Source: Macrostomum hystrix (taxonomy: Eukaryota; Animalia; Platyhelminthes). From it: a DNA stretch of 64,000 nt. The position numbers and the translations under genes are program-made. Positions within the stretch are counted from its first letter, which is position 1; each line of letters opens with the position of its first letter. Below, one piece after another: positions 1 through 14,071 of the stretch. Below the pieces are notes generated by a model. That model searched no databases and had not been told where the DNA came from. It worked only from the letters and a program-made list of their open reading frames with translations. Where the stretch lies: contig CATNEN010000038.1 of NCBI GenBank assembly GCA_950097015.1, positions 26,474,001-26,538,000 of the forward strand, in the 5' to 3' direction.

Positions 1-3000
1 TGGCGGAGGCGGTGGTCTGGCGGGCTGCGGCTGCGGCATCGGCTGCGGAGAGCGATCGTCGCTGAGGGTGTCGCATCCGGAATCGTCTGGCAGACTGCCG
101 CCAGCAAGGAATGGAAAGTCAGAAAGCTGCTGCTGCTGCTGAGTGATGGCCTGAGGCGCTGTGGCAGTTAAAGCGCGTTGCAATTGGGCCCGACGCTCGC
201 GACAGCGACTAGCGGATCGGGCGGCTGAGTCACGCGCTTCGGTGCCAACAGATGGCACACGGCTGGCCTGATCAAAGGCCACCTCCGCCTGGGCGCACGA
301 GTACAGCGCCGCGTGGAGATCGTTCCTCTGGCAGGCCGCCTGGCAGGTGACAATTTGGGGGAGAGGAAGTTGTCATATTTCATGCCATGGTTGAATCTGT
401 CGTTGAGGAGGGCGGATGTGTTGTTGAAGGGGCGGATCTGAGATTGAAGGGAGTGGATCTGTCGCTGAAGGGAGCGGATCAGATATTGAAGGGGCAGATC
501 TAATATTGAAGGGGCAGATCTAATATTGAAGGGGCAGATCTAATATTGAAGGGGCAGATCAGATATTGAAGGCAGCGGATCTAATATTAAAGGGGCAGAT
601 CTAATATTGAAGGGGCGGATCAGATATTGAAGGGGCAGATCAGATATTGAAGGGGCAGATCTAATATTAAAGGGGCAGATCTACTATTGAAGGGGCGGAT
701 CAGATATTGAAGGGGCAGATCAGATATTGAAGTGGCAGATTAGATATTGAAGGGAGCGGATCTAATATTGAAGGGGCGGATCAGATATTGAAGGGGCAGA
801 TCAGATATTGAAGGGGCAGATCAGATATTGAAGTGGCAGATTAGATATTGAAGGGAGCGGATCTGATATTAAAGGGGCAGATTAGATATTGGAGGGCCAG
901 ATCAGATATTGAAGGGGCAGATCTAATATTAAAGGGGCAGATCTAATATTGAAGGGGCGGATCAGATATTGAAGGGGCAGATCAGATATTGAAGTGGCAG
1001 ATTAGATATTGAAGGGAGCGGATCTGATATTGAAGGGGCGGATCAGATATTAAAGGGGCAGATCAGATATTGAAGTGGCAGATTAGATATTGAAGGGAGC
1101 GGATCTGATATTGAAGGGGCGGATCAGATATTGAAGGGGCAGATCAGATATTGAAGGGGCAGATCAGATATTGAAGGGGCAGATCTGATATTGAAGGGGC
1201 AGATCTAATATTAAAGGGGCAGATCTAATTTTGAAGGGGCAGATCAGATATTGAAGTGGCAGATCAGATATTGAAGGGGCAGATCAGATATTAAAGGGGC
1301 AGATCTAATTTTGAAGGGGCAGATCAGATATTGAAGGGGCAGATCAGATATTGAAGTGGCAGATTAGATATTGAAGGGGCAGATCAGATATTGAAGGGGC
1401 AGATCAGATATTGAAGGGGCAGATCAGATATTGAAGTGGCAGATTAGATATTGAAGGGGCAGATCAGATATTGAAGTGGCAGATTAGATATTGAAGGGGC
1501 AGATCAGATATTGAAGGGGCAGATCAGATATTGAAGGGGCAGATCTAATATTAAAGGGGCAGATCAGATATTGAAGGGGCGGATCAGATATTGAAGGGGC
1601 GGATCTAATATTGAAGTAGGCGGATCTAATATTGAAGTAGGCGGATCTAATATTGAAGGGGCAGATCAGATATTGAAGGGGCGGATCTAATATTGAAGTA
1701 GGCGGATCTAATATTAAAGTAGGCGGATCTGATATTGAAGGGGCAGATCTAATATTGAAGTAGGCGGATCTAATATTGAAGTAGGCGGATCTAATATTGA
1801 AGTAGGCGGATCTAATATTGAAGGGGCAGATCAGATATTGAAGGGGCAGATCAGATATTGAAGGGGCGGATCTAATATTGAAGTAGGCGGATCTAATATT
1901 GAAGTAGGCGGATCTAATATTGAAGGGGCAGATCAGATATTGAAGGCGGGATCTAATATTGAAGTAGGCGGATCTAATATTGAAGTAGGCGGATCTAATA
2001 TTGAAGTAGGCGGATCTAATATTGAAGTAGGCGGATCTAATATTGAAGGGGCAGATCAGATATTGAAGGGGCGGATCAGATATTGAAGGGGCGGATCTAA
2101 TATTGAAGTAGGCGGATCTAATATTGAAGTAGGCGGATCTAATATTGAAGGGGCAGATCAGATATTAAAGGGGCGGATCTAATATTGAAGTAGGCGGATC
2201 TAATATTGAAGTAGGCGGATCAGATATTGAAGGGGCGGATCAGATATTGAAGGGGCGGATCTAATATTGAAGTAGGCGGATCTAATATTGAAGTAGGCGG
2301 ATCTAATATTGAAGTAGGCGGATCAGATATTGAAGGGGCGGATCAGATATTGAAGGGGCGGATCTAATATTGAAGTAGGCGGATCTAATATTGAAGGGGC
2401 AGATCAGATATTGAAGGGGCAGATCAGATATTGAAGGGGCAGATCAGATATTGAAGGGGCGGATCTAATATTGAAGTAGGCGGATCTAATATTGAAGTAG
2501 GCGGATCTAATATTGAAGTAGGCGGATCTAATATTGAAGGGGCAGATCAGATATTGAAGGGGCAGATCAGATATTGAAGGGGCAGATCAGATATTGAAGG
2601 GGCGGATCTAATATTGAAGTAGGCGGATCTAATATTGAAGTAGGCGGATCTAATATTGAAGTGGCAGATCAGATATTGAAGGGGCGGATCAAATATTGAA
2701 GTAGGCGGATCTAATATTGAAGTAGGCGGATCAGATATTGAAGAGGCGGATCTAATATTGAAGTGGCAGATCTAATATTGAAGTGGCAGATCAGATATTG
2801 AAGGGGCGGATCAAATATTGAAGTAGGCGGATCTAATATTGAAGTAGGCGGATCAGATATTGAAGAGGCGGATCTAATATTGAAGTAGGCGGATCTGATA
2901 TTGAAGGGGCGGATCAGATATTGAAGAGGCGGATCTAATATTGAAGTAGGCGGATCTGATATTGAAGGGGCAGATCAGATATTGAAGGGGCAGATCTATC

Positions 3001-3243
3001 GTCAAATGGGCAGATGTGAAGTTGAAAGTTTATGAACTAGACAATTCACCTGACATCGACTCCAGTGCCCGGCGGCAAGTCGGGTTAGGGTCTCGTGATA
3101 TTCAGCCAGGCTGATTCGCTCAATCCCCGTCAGGGGGTCTCCAGACGGAGGCGGCGGAGGCGGCGGCGGCGGCAGAGTGGCTTCCAGTTGATCAGAGAAG
3201 CCTGAATCGCGCTGCCTTCCGCCGGATGAAGAAAATGCCAATG

Positions 3244-3274
<31 letters not shown>

Positions 3275-6200
3275 CTGATTCTGAGCTTTCCGACATTCAA
3301 TCTGATGCACTCGCTGCAGACGCAGAATGCTTTCCACTTGTCTAGTTGAAATATAACTAGCTGAGCCGCCAAGTCTAGACGCTTGCTGCTGCTGCTGCTG
3401 CTGCTGCTGAATAGAGTTCTTTGCGCCTAACGGCAGATTTGACGATGGATGCATCATAGCGCCCGCCAGCTGCTGCTGCTGGTGCTGCTGAACCGTCAGC
3501 AGAGGCGGCGGAGGCGGCGGAGGCGGCGGCGGCAGGGACACCAGCTCGGTGCGTTTTGGTGCGCCGGACATGTCCAGTGGCGCGCAGAACTTCGAATCCC
3601 GGGCGTACAGCAACAACAGAGGCTGATAACGATTGGCTACGCAACGATCAACAACGTGCGGACACCAGGTTGGGCCCAGAGGCGTAACTCGCGCGTCGTC
3701 TAGGCAGGACCAAGCGTTGTTGCTGGCGCGATGGCGTAGAAAAACTGCGTAGTGTCGGCTAGAGTAGCAGACAACAGCTGTTAGATGAAGCACGGAGGCT
3801 GGCTCGGTGGGCCCTCCGGAATCCGCTGACCAATCGAATAGCTGGATTAGTACGAAAAGTACACAGTGTTAGATTATTGCATAAAGATATGAGATTGGAT
3901 ATGTACATTGGGTTATGTACATTGGGTTATGTACATTGGGTTATGTACATTGGGTTATGTACATTGGGTTATGTACATTGGGTTATGTACATTGGGTTAT
4001 GTACATTGAATCGCGTGGCGTGAGGTGGGTAAAACTGGGTTAGAAAGATCGGATCGAAGGATGTACATTGAATGGTGTGGGTAGGAATGGCGTGGGATGG
4101 AATGGCGTGGGGTGGGGTGCAGCAAAAAGTAGGTAAAAACAAGAAAAAATGAAACTATATTTCTAAGAAATCACTTAAATGACCAGACGGAAAAAATATT
4201 GACTTTTAACACACGCTTTATTGTGAATGATTTTTTTCTAAGAGAGAGCTAAAATACTTTCAACTTTCAATTTTAAATATCTTACCTTTTTAACAAATGT
4301 TTTATTTTTTCCTGGTAGATTTCCTCTAAAACTGAGTTAAGAAAAAAAGCCTACTAGCAAAAAAAATAGCCTACTATGACTTAAACTTAACGAAAGAATC
4401 GGTCAGGAGTCTATCTACGAGTATATATACTTCGTAAGCTAATTGCACGTGATTGTATATAAACTCACCAGCACAATTTATTTTATCATTGAAACTCGAG
4501 GGCCGGGCCTGAGAACCAACTGCTACCAAACCAATTGAAAGCTAATAATTTATTCGTCGAATAAGTTTCACAGGTACGCATTAGCATAGCTGATTGAATA
4601 AACAGTTAAAATAGTCGCGCTCGCAGACAAAAACAGTCTCAATTGCTAATAGAGAATTGTCATAATATGTTACAAAAAAATGGTGGCCTAAAGCACAGAC
4701 GACACAACTTTAATGTTCTCCACTGTACTAAAATGCATTAAAAACATTTTCTAAACCAAAAAATAATCATAGTATATACCATACCGTAAGCCATTAATTT
4801 TAACGATTTCTAGCTATGTTTGATAGCAAACTCCTTAGCAACAAAGCTACCGAGCCAATAAATTGTGTGGATCGGCATTTTCCCACGCTCATAAGCCCAT
4901 AAACTACTAATCTAGTTTTTAAAAAAAACAGAACAAAGACCTTAATTTAGGAATCTTAACAGTGTACATAATTTCTTGCTGTATTTTATGGTACAATACC
5001 TGTTTGTCGATGCTGTAAGCCTAAGGGGACGCTTTGTTAGTCCTAGAATTACTAAATATATGCTACTGCCAGAGGGGGTCTGATTTGCTAGTCCTGTATA
5101 CTAAATAAATGCTAGTCAGGAGTAATGATTTTGTAGTCCTTGTACTACTAAATATATGCTACTGCCAGAGGGGGTTGATTTGCTAGTCCTGTAATACTAA
5201 ATATATGCTACTGCCATTGTCCATTGTCTTTTTTATCTACGACCAACCTTCACAATCGGATTTAGATTTTTTATTTTCGGCGACTTGCTTAAGTGCACAC
5301 CTGTACATAAACCTATACATTTCTGTCGCACATTTGCACTAACTCCTTTATTAAATAAATGAATACAAAAAACAAAGAGGATTTAGCTTGCTTAGTACTT
5401 CTTAAGAAACTAAGAAATTTTGAACCCAATTTCAGCCTCTCGGCAGAGAACAGGAAGTAAATATTTTTAACGGAGCTACAAAGCCTCTAAAGTGAGTAAG
5501 TAGCTTACCGACTGCTCAAACAGACCTTCGCGTAGGTTTCCAGTCCCTTACTCGCCACTTTATTCGGCTTTTCCCAACTACCTTACCTTCCCATATTTTA
5601 CCTGCCGCCTTTTTTGTAGCCAGGCGGCATGTTCTAAACTAAACAAGTTGCTCGGCTTCACTGAGCAGCTCCGCTTTTTCTATTTTATAGCTTGCCTTGG
5701 GGTGACTCAAAGCACACACACATGCGCGCACACACAATATTCTGTAAAAAACTTGGACCTCATTCACGCACAATGACCACACTGCATCTTTTTTTAACCA
5801 TTAATTTGTACCTAAATTATTCTTCTGAAAAATTCAACAGAAATTAGTTTTTAATTAAAACAACTTCGGTTAATTAATTCAAGATTCCTTTGTAACCAAT
5901 TATCTTACTGGGCCTTATGCGAACAATAATATATCGAGAGAAACTTTCTATATATTTTCGCTACAGTACACCCATTATTATACGATACACTCACACCAAT
6001 GCAATCAATACTAAGAGACTACATCTCCGGAGCATTGCATATAACTCATCATCATCAACAGCCATCCCTCTGTCTCACACGCAATTCATTAATATTTCAC
6101 AGCAAAGAAAAAACTTACGGAGAAATAAATTTACGATATGTTGGAAACGACTAAAAGCTTCCGCTAATGAAATTATCTAAACTACTCAAACATCAGGCTG

Positions 6201-9200
6201 TGTTATACCAATATGAAATGTATATTTATACTGGAAAACTAATTTCCACCTACTGTTTAGCTAGAATTTCACTCCATGCAGTACGCTTATCAATGGAAAA
6301 CCTGAACAACTAAACTGAATTGCCACCAAGCTAATTAAAAACTAAAGCAAAACATTTTCCCTACTGAGGCTGCTGCTACAATTTCTGCTTTTTGGCAATA
6401 AAGTCTGCTTGAGTCAGAGTCTTCAGTAGCTTTTTAAAAATCATTAAAATTATGTAGGTAATTTAGGGTCATAGGAAAACACACATTCACACACACCTAT
6501 GGCCGAAACTGCTACAAATAATCATTTTAGACCGATTTAAATGGTTTCCGATAAGTAAGTGTTTAATCCATTTAAGCTAGAAACAGTCATTAGTGAACAT
6601 TATTTAATGTCTGGTGTTCCTGGGGACATTTCTTTAGTGTCTGGTGTTCCAGGTGGACATTTCTTTAGTGTCTGGTGTTCCTGGGGACATTTCTTTAGTG
6701 TCTGGTGTTCCAGGTGGACATTTCTTTAGTGTCTGGTGTCCCAGGTGGACATTTCTTTAGTGTCTGGTGTTCCAGGTGGACATTTCTTTAGTGTCTGGTG
6801 TTCCAGGTAGACATTTCTTTAGTGTCTGGTGTTCCAGGTGGACATTTCTTTAGTGTCTGGTGTTCCAGGTGGACATTTCTTTAGTGTCTGGAGTTCCAGG
6901 TGGACATTTCTTTAGTGTATGGTGTTCCAGGTGGACATTTATTTAGTGTATGGTGTTCCTGGTGGACATTTCTTTAGTGTATGGTGTTCCAGGTGGACAT
7001 TTCTTTAGTGTCTGGTGTTCCAGGTGGACATTTCTTTAGTGTATGGTGTTACAGGTGGACATTTCTTTAGTGTATGGTGTTCCTGGTGGACATTTCTTTA
7101 GTGTATGGTGTTCCAGGTGGACATTTCTTTAGTGTCTGGTGTTCCAGGTGGACATTTCTTTACTGTCAGGTGTTACTGGTGGATATTTTTGTGTCTGGTG
7201 TTCCTGGTGGACATTTCTTTAGTGTCTGGTGTTCCAGGTGGGCATTTCTTTAGTGTCTGGTGTTCCAGGTGGACATTTCTTTAGTGTCTGGTGTTCCAGG
7301 TGGACATTTCTTTAGTGTATGGTGTTACAGGTGGACATTTCTTTAGTGTATGGTGTTCCTGGTGGACATTTCTTTAGTGTATGGTGTTCCAGGTGGACAT
7401 TTCTTTAGTGTCTGGTGTTCCAGGTGGACATTTCTTTACTGTCAGGTGTTACTGGTGGATATTTTTGTGTCTGGTGTTCCTGGTGGACATTTCTTTAGTG
7501 TCTGGCAATTCTCGAGGACATTTTCTGTGCTTGGTATTCCTCGTGGACATTTCTTTAGTGTCTGGCAATTCTCGAGGACATTTTCTGTGCCTGGTATTCC
7601 TCGTGGACATTTCTTTAGTGTCTGGCAATTCTCGAGGACATTTTCTGTGCCTGGTATTCCTCGTGGACATTTCTTTAGTGTCTGGCAATTCTCGAGGACA
7701 TTTTCTGTGCCTGGTATTCCTCGTGGACATTTCTTTACTGTCTGGTATCCCCGGTGGACATTTCTTTAGTGTCTGGTGTTCCTGATGGACATTTCTTTAG
7801 TTTCTGGCAATTCTCGAGGACATTTCTTTAGTGTCTACTATTCCTCGTGGACATTTATTTATTGTCTGGTATTCCATGTGGACACGTCTTTTGTGTTTTT
7901 TCATTATCGAAGGATATAGGGCTATACCTATTAGGGAAAAAACAACTTTAAATACTAATACATCACTTTTTACTGCCTATGTGCTCAAGTAATGCGAACA
8001 TTACAGCTGTGCTGTGATATTTTAGGCATTCAATTTATTAATTATTATCTTGCCATGTGTAAGAAACGGAGATAGAATAGTATATGAAGAAATTTCTTTC
8101 ATTATAGCTTTTTTAAAGACCGTGAGAACACACAACTCGCGCTAGCAAGCCAATTCAAGGAGGCCAACGATAAAAGCAGCATAGATAGAATTAGTGTAGA
8201 TGCGCTCAATGCTAAATATACGAAACTCGACCATTGTATTATTCGCCTGTTGAATGCACACATTTTTCATTCTATATCTATAGCCTAAATACAATATTCG
8301 ACAATACTAGGCGAGTCTAATAAGAAACTAGACTGCACATGCACATAGAAGTGTGTGCGACAATCCATTCATAAAACTCATTACTGCTTTTCTTAATAAC
8401 CTAACTATAGACAGACAGATATTTCAAAAACAAGAAAATTGTAGGCTAACGATATGCTATTTTTTTGTTATGAATCAATAATAATCAATATTTCATCTAT
8501 TAGCATTCTAGATCCCATCTATTAGCAACGTCAACGAGAGAAAGAAACGATTACGAACAGTAAGATATCTACTGCTTTAAATCAATAAAATCAAGGAGGT
8601 TGTAGCTTAGTGGTTAGAGAGTCGGACTCACGACTTGAAGGTCGGGGGTTCGATTCCCGACTTCACTGGAACAATTTGTGTCCATTAGCAAGACACCTAA
8701 CTCCGCATTGCTTCAGTTCACCCAGCTGTAAAATTGGTACCAGCATCAGCTGGGATAATTGAAGGTGGGTGTTGGCGTCCCCCCCCCAGTCCATGGACTG
8801 AACAGCCGTACGCAGCCTTCAGATGCGCCGCGCAATAGCTGCGGCTGTGCTGTCGGCCGCACATCTGACCCCATTGGGGCAAGTGTAATACATTTATTTT
8901 AATATAGAACAAGCATTTATTCAGCTTAACTAGAGAGATTATGCAAGTGCTAGTATAGTAAGGCACTTTATATAGCTTGAATTTGCAGACAATCCCAGAC
9001 ACCACATGGACAATAATCATACTTCATTAATAACTATATAGTCAATACTAACATTAGTTAACGTTCATACAATGCGCCCAGTGACGTGTCTGTGACTCAT
9101 TCCACTTCCCAAGCGCCAAAGATACAGAAAGAGAGGGAGAGAGAGAGGAAGGGGGAGGGGGAGGGTTGGCCATCGACCACACGCCAGCGCAATGCTTTGT

Positions 9201-11758
9201 GCTTCCTTCTTCTTCCCTAAGTTCTAAGCCAAGCCCCCAACCCACCCCGATACACTCCGCACGTTAAATCCTCACTTTGAGGATGGCAATTAAATAGTCA
9301 TTCTGTTTGTCATCTGTCTGATGACATTCCGTCAATTTTGCACAAATAAACTTAAAGCAGATTTTTTGAGGCCTACATTTGAAGAAAAAATAGATAGATG
9401 TAATTTCCAGACACCCTATCTATCCCGGGAAATCCCAATCCCGGGAAGTTCTGATCTAGGGAATTTTTTTTTGCCCCGGGAATCTGGGATCTGGATTGCG
9501 GTAAAGACGCTTCGGAATCTAACTTTGGACTCAACAGAAGATTTAATTTTTTTCGTTTAAGCGCAAATAAATAATAAAAATTGATTACACCTGCCCCAAT
9601 TGTGCCAGATGTGCGGCCGACAGCACAGCCGCAGCTAATGCGGCTGTTCAGTCCATGGACTGAGGGGACGACACACCCACTCTCAATTACCCATTTAACA
9701 GCTGGGTGAACTGAAGCAATGCAGAGTTAATTGCCTTCCTAAAAGACACAAATTGTTCCAGCAGAGTCGGGAATCGAACCCCCGACCTTCAAGGCTACTA
9801 CATGCAGTCCCGCAGTACAGATTTGCTAAATTTCATCAGCTTGTCGACTGCAGGCTAAGACAGTTGTAAAGAGGACAAGAATCTGTGCAAGTGTAGGAGT
9901 AGCAAATATACTTAAGATGCGATATTGATAGCTCAGACTTTAGCAAACAAGCCCATGTGTAAAATCAATGCTAATCAATCTCAGCTACTAACCAATAGCG
10001 TATAAAAGTACAAATAAGAGTGACAAGCTATTTGTCAGATAGTGGGCAGACTGTTGTAGCTGGAAGCTTGGTGTCCTTAAGCTCCAGTGGGACTGCTGTG
10101 CTCAATCCAAGATTTCTAAGAAACTGTCATATATCCTTATCAACTCTCTCTGAAAATACCAGAACTAACTGAAATTTCTGACGAGTGACAAGTTTCAAGT
10201 CAAAAAAAGCAAAAAAACCTGGCTAGGCCCTAGTTAAATTTAATTAAGCTAAAAAATAACCTTTTCTAATTTGTTCAGCTCCACTTAAAGACACTTTATC
10301 AAGTAAACGTTTCAGTCTTCTGAGAATTTTAACCAATCAACCAATTTAGCAATTGCGTACAATAATAGTATTGAAAAAGCCGAATACAAATAACTTAAAA
10401 ATAATGAAATGACAGGAGAGTAACACAAGACACAAGATAAATAGTTACTATAACTAGATGCACTTAGAAATAAAAAGGAAAGAAATCCCAGGATTGGAAA
10501 TCGCAGGATTGGAAATCCCAGGATTGGAAATCCCAGGATTGGAAATCCCAGGATTGAAAATCCCAGGATTGGAAATCCCAGGATTGGAAATCCCAGGATT
10601 GGAAATCCCAGGATTGGAAATCCCAGGATTGGAAATTCTAGAATTGGAAATCCCAGGATTGGAAATCCCAGGATTGGAAATCCGAGGATTGGAAATCCGA
10701 GGATTGGAAATCCGAGGATTGGAAATCCCAGGATTCAGAATGGTGTTTTTCCTTTCCTTACCTGGGAAAACGTCACAGTCGATCCCACATTCGCCAGCAA
10801 GTCGGCCAGATCTGTTCCGCTAGGTCGGTCGGAATCCCAAACAAGGCCTAGACAAAGGAGGTCCGGTCTAGACAGCAGCTTCCTGCGCAGTAAAAGACAT
10901 CCGCCTCCACCGCCAGCGCTGCCGCATTTCGGACACGGCCTCAGATCCCCAGCGCCGGCGACTTTTCTTAATCCCAAGCCGAACACCTCGGGGCTGGGAT
11001 TAGCTCGGCCGCTGCCCATGTGACGCAGCTGTGACAGCAGGGCCCCGGCGGAGGCGTAGTGAGTGAGCTGGGTGAAGCGCTGACCAGATTGGACGAAGCC
11101 GCATCTGGGACAGGCGCGCTCCTCTTGAATGTCCATGCCGAATCGGCGATGTGTGATGCAATGACCGGCGGTGCACAGCTGGTGCTGCTGGTTAGCGGGC
11201 TGTTGGACCAGATGAAAATGTAACCGGCCGAGGATGTGTTCCAGGCACTCTGCACTATCGTCCATTTGGCCAATTTGAAATCTGTCCGAAAATTGGGCGG
11301 CTAGAGCGGATCGGAGCACCCCAGCGTCAAGGGTTGGCCGATCGCTGAAGCGCATCTGAGTAAACACCACCTGTGATCGATTCATAATGGATACCAATGT
11401 TAACCAATGTAGCACTGATGGCAACCAGTAAATTTGGGACATAGAAACTGTAATTCAAGATTAATTAGATATTAAAACCAATCCCTACAAAAAAGCAAAA
11501 CCCAACCTTCAGAGCGCAGAAGACGCAGCTGCGATGACCGCTGCATAGATGCGAGTTGAGCTGGGTTAAACTGGCTTGAAACAGTTCCTGATGCCAAAGC
11601 AATTGAACTGCACTGTTTAGAAAACAGCTATTACTGCCGGGATCATTTGCTAAGCCTTTGATCTGCTGGCGATGCTGCTGTATGGAGCTGCCATTATTAG
11701 CCAGGTTACCAAACTCTGGCGGTGGTTCCAGAATCCCTGTTGCAGAGTCTGTAGCCAT
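1..11758 (-). CDS. USP53/USP54: USP53/USP54-like ubiquitin-specific protease family protein, multi-exon, 3' end outside window (exons 11758-11507, 11370-10762, 3841-3050, 339-<1)
   Basis: Cys box [50 protein letters not shown] and His box [23 protein letters not shown] match USP53/54. All three introns are GT-AG phase 0 and keep frame. Exon 339-1 ([25 protein letters not shown]...) is open to the window edge. Confidence 0.88.
420..3000. repeat. 20/21-bp minisatellite (GATCAGATATTGAAGGGGCA and GATCTAATATTGAAGTAGGCG variants) filling USP53/54 intron
   Basis: Over 100 tandem units visible directly. Confidence 0.97.
3900..4010. repeat. 14-bp tandem repeat ATGTACATTGGGTT
   Basis: About 8 near-perfect copies near the exon 3 acceptor. 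Confidence 0.95.
5035..5215. repeat. Imperfect short tandem repeat (TAGTCCTGTAATACTAAATATATGCTACTGCCAGAGGGGG-like)
   Basis: About 4 degenerate copies. Confidence 0.7.
6605..7885. repeat. 31-bp minisatellite GGTGGACATTTCTTTAGTGTCTGGTGTTCCA with a 61-bp higher-order dimer at ~7500-7730
   Basis: About 40 tandem units. Confidence 0.96.
8595..8900 (+). mobile_element. tRNA-derived SINE family 1, near full length
   Basis: A box TAGCTTAGTGG, B box GGTTCGATTCC, central CACCCAGCTGTAAAATTGGTACC domain, AT-rich tail; related copies at 9583, 56362, 61147 and 62073. Confidence 0.88.
9583..9793 (-). mobile_element. SINE family 1, 5'-truncated copy
   Basis: Reverse complement of ~8635-8890, B box present. 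Confidence 0.85.
10483..10738. repeat. 15-bp minisatellite GGAAATCCCAGGATT
   Basis: About 17 copies starting ~24 nt inside the intron donor at 10761. Confidence 0.96.
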
Positions 11759-12902
11759 TATTTAGCCACTAGATCTTATTGCTGCATGTGTTATTATGTA
11801 TTTAAAGACAAGACTTTTATGAAGCAACCACAGAATGGATAGCAGAGTCAGCCCATAAGAAGTCAATCTGAACTCCTGCTGATTTGGCCAGAGCTGGTGA
11901 ATTTCTGAAATTTATATATATTATTTTATAATGATTAGAATACAAAAAATATGCCACATGATTTTTTTCAACTAAGAACAGATATCAACCCCTAATGGAG
12001 CAAGTTGGGGTCGATGAAAAAATGAGCTTGATAAAGGGCTAAACATTTAAAACTAAATTTGCTAAAATTATATTAGTATATCACAAAAACTGAATTTCAC
12101 AATCAAACAAAAATCCAAGTATGTTTTTAGTGCATATACAAAGAGTTTATCTATCTGCTGTGCACTGGCTAATAATAGCTTGGGCATTAGATTTTATTCA
12201 GTTATGACATTTAAAGTGATTAAATAAAGTATACAACATTTTTATATAAAAAGGGCAAAAATAGCTATGAGCTATGTATCATGCAACCTTTTAGCATAAA
12301 AAACTTTGGGATTCCAGTTCTTTCGTCTGCCGCCAGTTCGTCTGCTCAGTAGACGAAAAAGCAAACAAGTTCGTCTGCTGGCCATTCTATGGCATATACA
12401 AGTATAAGCCCTGCCATGTAGTTTGTGTGTGTGTATAGGGGTGTGTTTGTTGCAAGGAACACTGAATTCGAATAGAAGCATCTTCTATAGATGCTATGAA
12501 GTCCTTGGTTTTGTTGGCACCAAAACCTCCGGGTTTCATGGAGTGTTGGGGTAGGGCTCACAGGAATCCCCAATTGAGACAAGAGCTGTTCTCACTTACT
12601 TCTCTCATTTTCATATTAAAAATTTGTAGCAAATTTGCAGCATTACTTTTAGTAGAAAACGCAAGTTTTTTATTCTATTGTTTTACTAAATTAAAATGCA
12701 ATAAAATACTTGGTCAGAATAAAAATCGAATCACAGGAATCTCTAGAACTTAATCTGTCTCTTTGTCTAGAACCACTTTCTCTCCCCTTCTCTTTCCCCT
12801 TCTACACTCCCTTTCTCTCCCTACCTGTAAAGTGATGACTAAGCAAGTTATTGTAGAGCTCGTCTACTTAGTCCTATTTTTTTCTACGCCAATATCAGTT
12901 TT

Positions 12903-13240
12903 CACTAATGTTTCGTTCTAACTTCGGATTATAACATGCAAAAAGTGAGCATGTACATCGGTTTATAACATGTTAGATGTTGTGTTAATGCCTACTTTAA
13001 CCTTGAAGTAATCCTAATAGAAAGCCCCTTACTAGCAGTGTAGCAATAAGAAAAATGTCTACTTTTTAACTAGCTAGCTATTAATAATCGGTAATATTAA
13101 CGATTTATACAGCTCGCTAGGTATATAAATATAATTTCTTGTTATTTCTTTATTTTGCACGCAACATCTAACATGTTATAGATCGATGCAAATGCGTCCT
13201 TTTGCATGTTATATCGCGATGTTAGAACGAAACAGCCCTG
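12903..13240. mobile_element. Small foldback MITE nested in the MULE
   Basis: ~75-bp imperfect inverted arms (TGTTTCGTTCTAAC...ACATGTTAGATGTTG / CAACATCTAACATGT...GTTAGAACGAAACA), with CAGTTTT on both flanks. Confidence 0.7.
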
Positions 13241-14071
13241 CAGTTTTAGTCATCCATGAGTGACTCGATATAAACGCACATAAATATATCACTTGAGATC
13301 AGATAAATCACCGCTGCAAGCATTCTGTCACATGACAAGCAGCATGGCTAAAAAAGTCAACTGACTAGGATATGAATATGAGTTATTCCTTGCTTTCCGC
13401 TGACAAGTTTATTTAGGCATATCACACAAATGTATTCGGCTTTAGAAGTGATGATAGATTTATTACCTGACCATTTAATATTTTAATATTTTCTCAATAG
13501 GTGTATTGAGAATCAATTGTCTGGGCGTTGCTGGGGCCTATTGTTTGCGAGTTGAGACTCAATGCTCCGCTTTCTATTGTTCTCTTTTACTACTGGTTTT
13601 GTTTACCACATGGAGCTGCCTGTGCAATGGGTCGCTTGCAGCTAGTTGCGTAGACAGGGATTTCAATTTGAGGTAGGACTTCGGGCCGCACATTCGCGGC
13701 AATGAGAGTGTATGATTTACGACTAATAATACGGGCACATGTTCATAAAATTAGTCAACTAAGACTTAGACAATAGACAAAGTTTATATACACAACAGAA
13801 TGGTGATAATTTGCACAATTTGTGAATGACAGTGTATACGTTTAAAATACGAGCTCAAATTTCAAATTGGCATTCACTTGCAATAAATTATGAGTATGTG
13901 TCATTAAACAGAGTATAGACAGAGTTTAAACAGTTGCGACTAAAAAATACAACTTGAGCAGCACCACTTAGTCTTTGAAAAGTTCATGTTCTTAAAGCGA
14001 TAAAAACAAAGCAAAAATATTTAACATCCTCAGTCATTGTGGCATCAGTGAGTAGTTACTCACGAAGTTAG

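Noticed and set aside
420-3000. Regular repeat arrays as CRISPR
   Set aside because: Head-to-tail units without unique spacers, no cas genes, eukaryotic intron context. The same applies to all arrays here.
8595-8670. tRNA gene
   Set aside because: The acceptor stem does not close and the sequence continues into a body shared by dispersed copies, so it is a SINE head.
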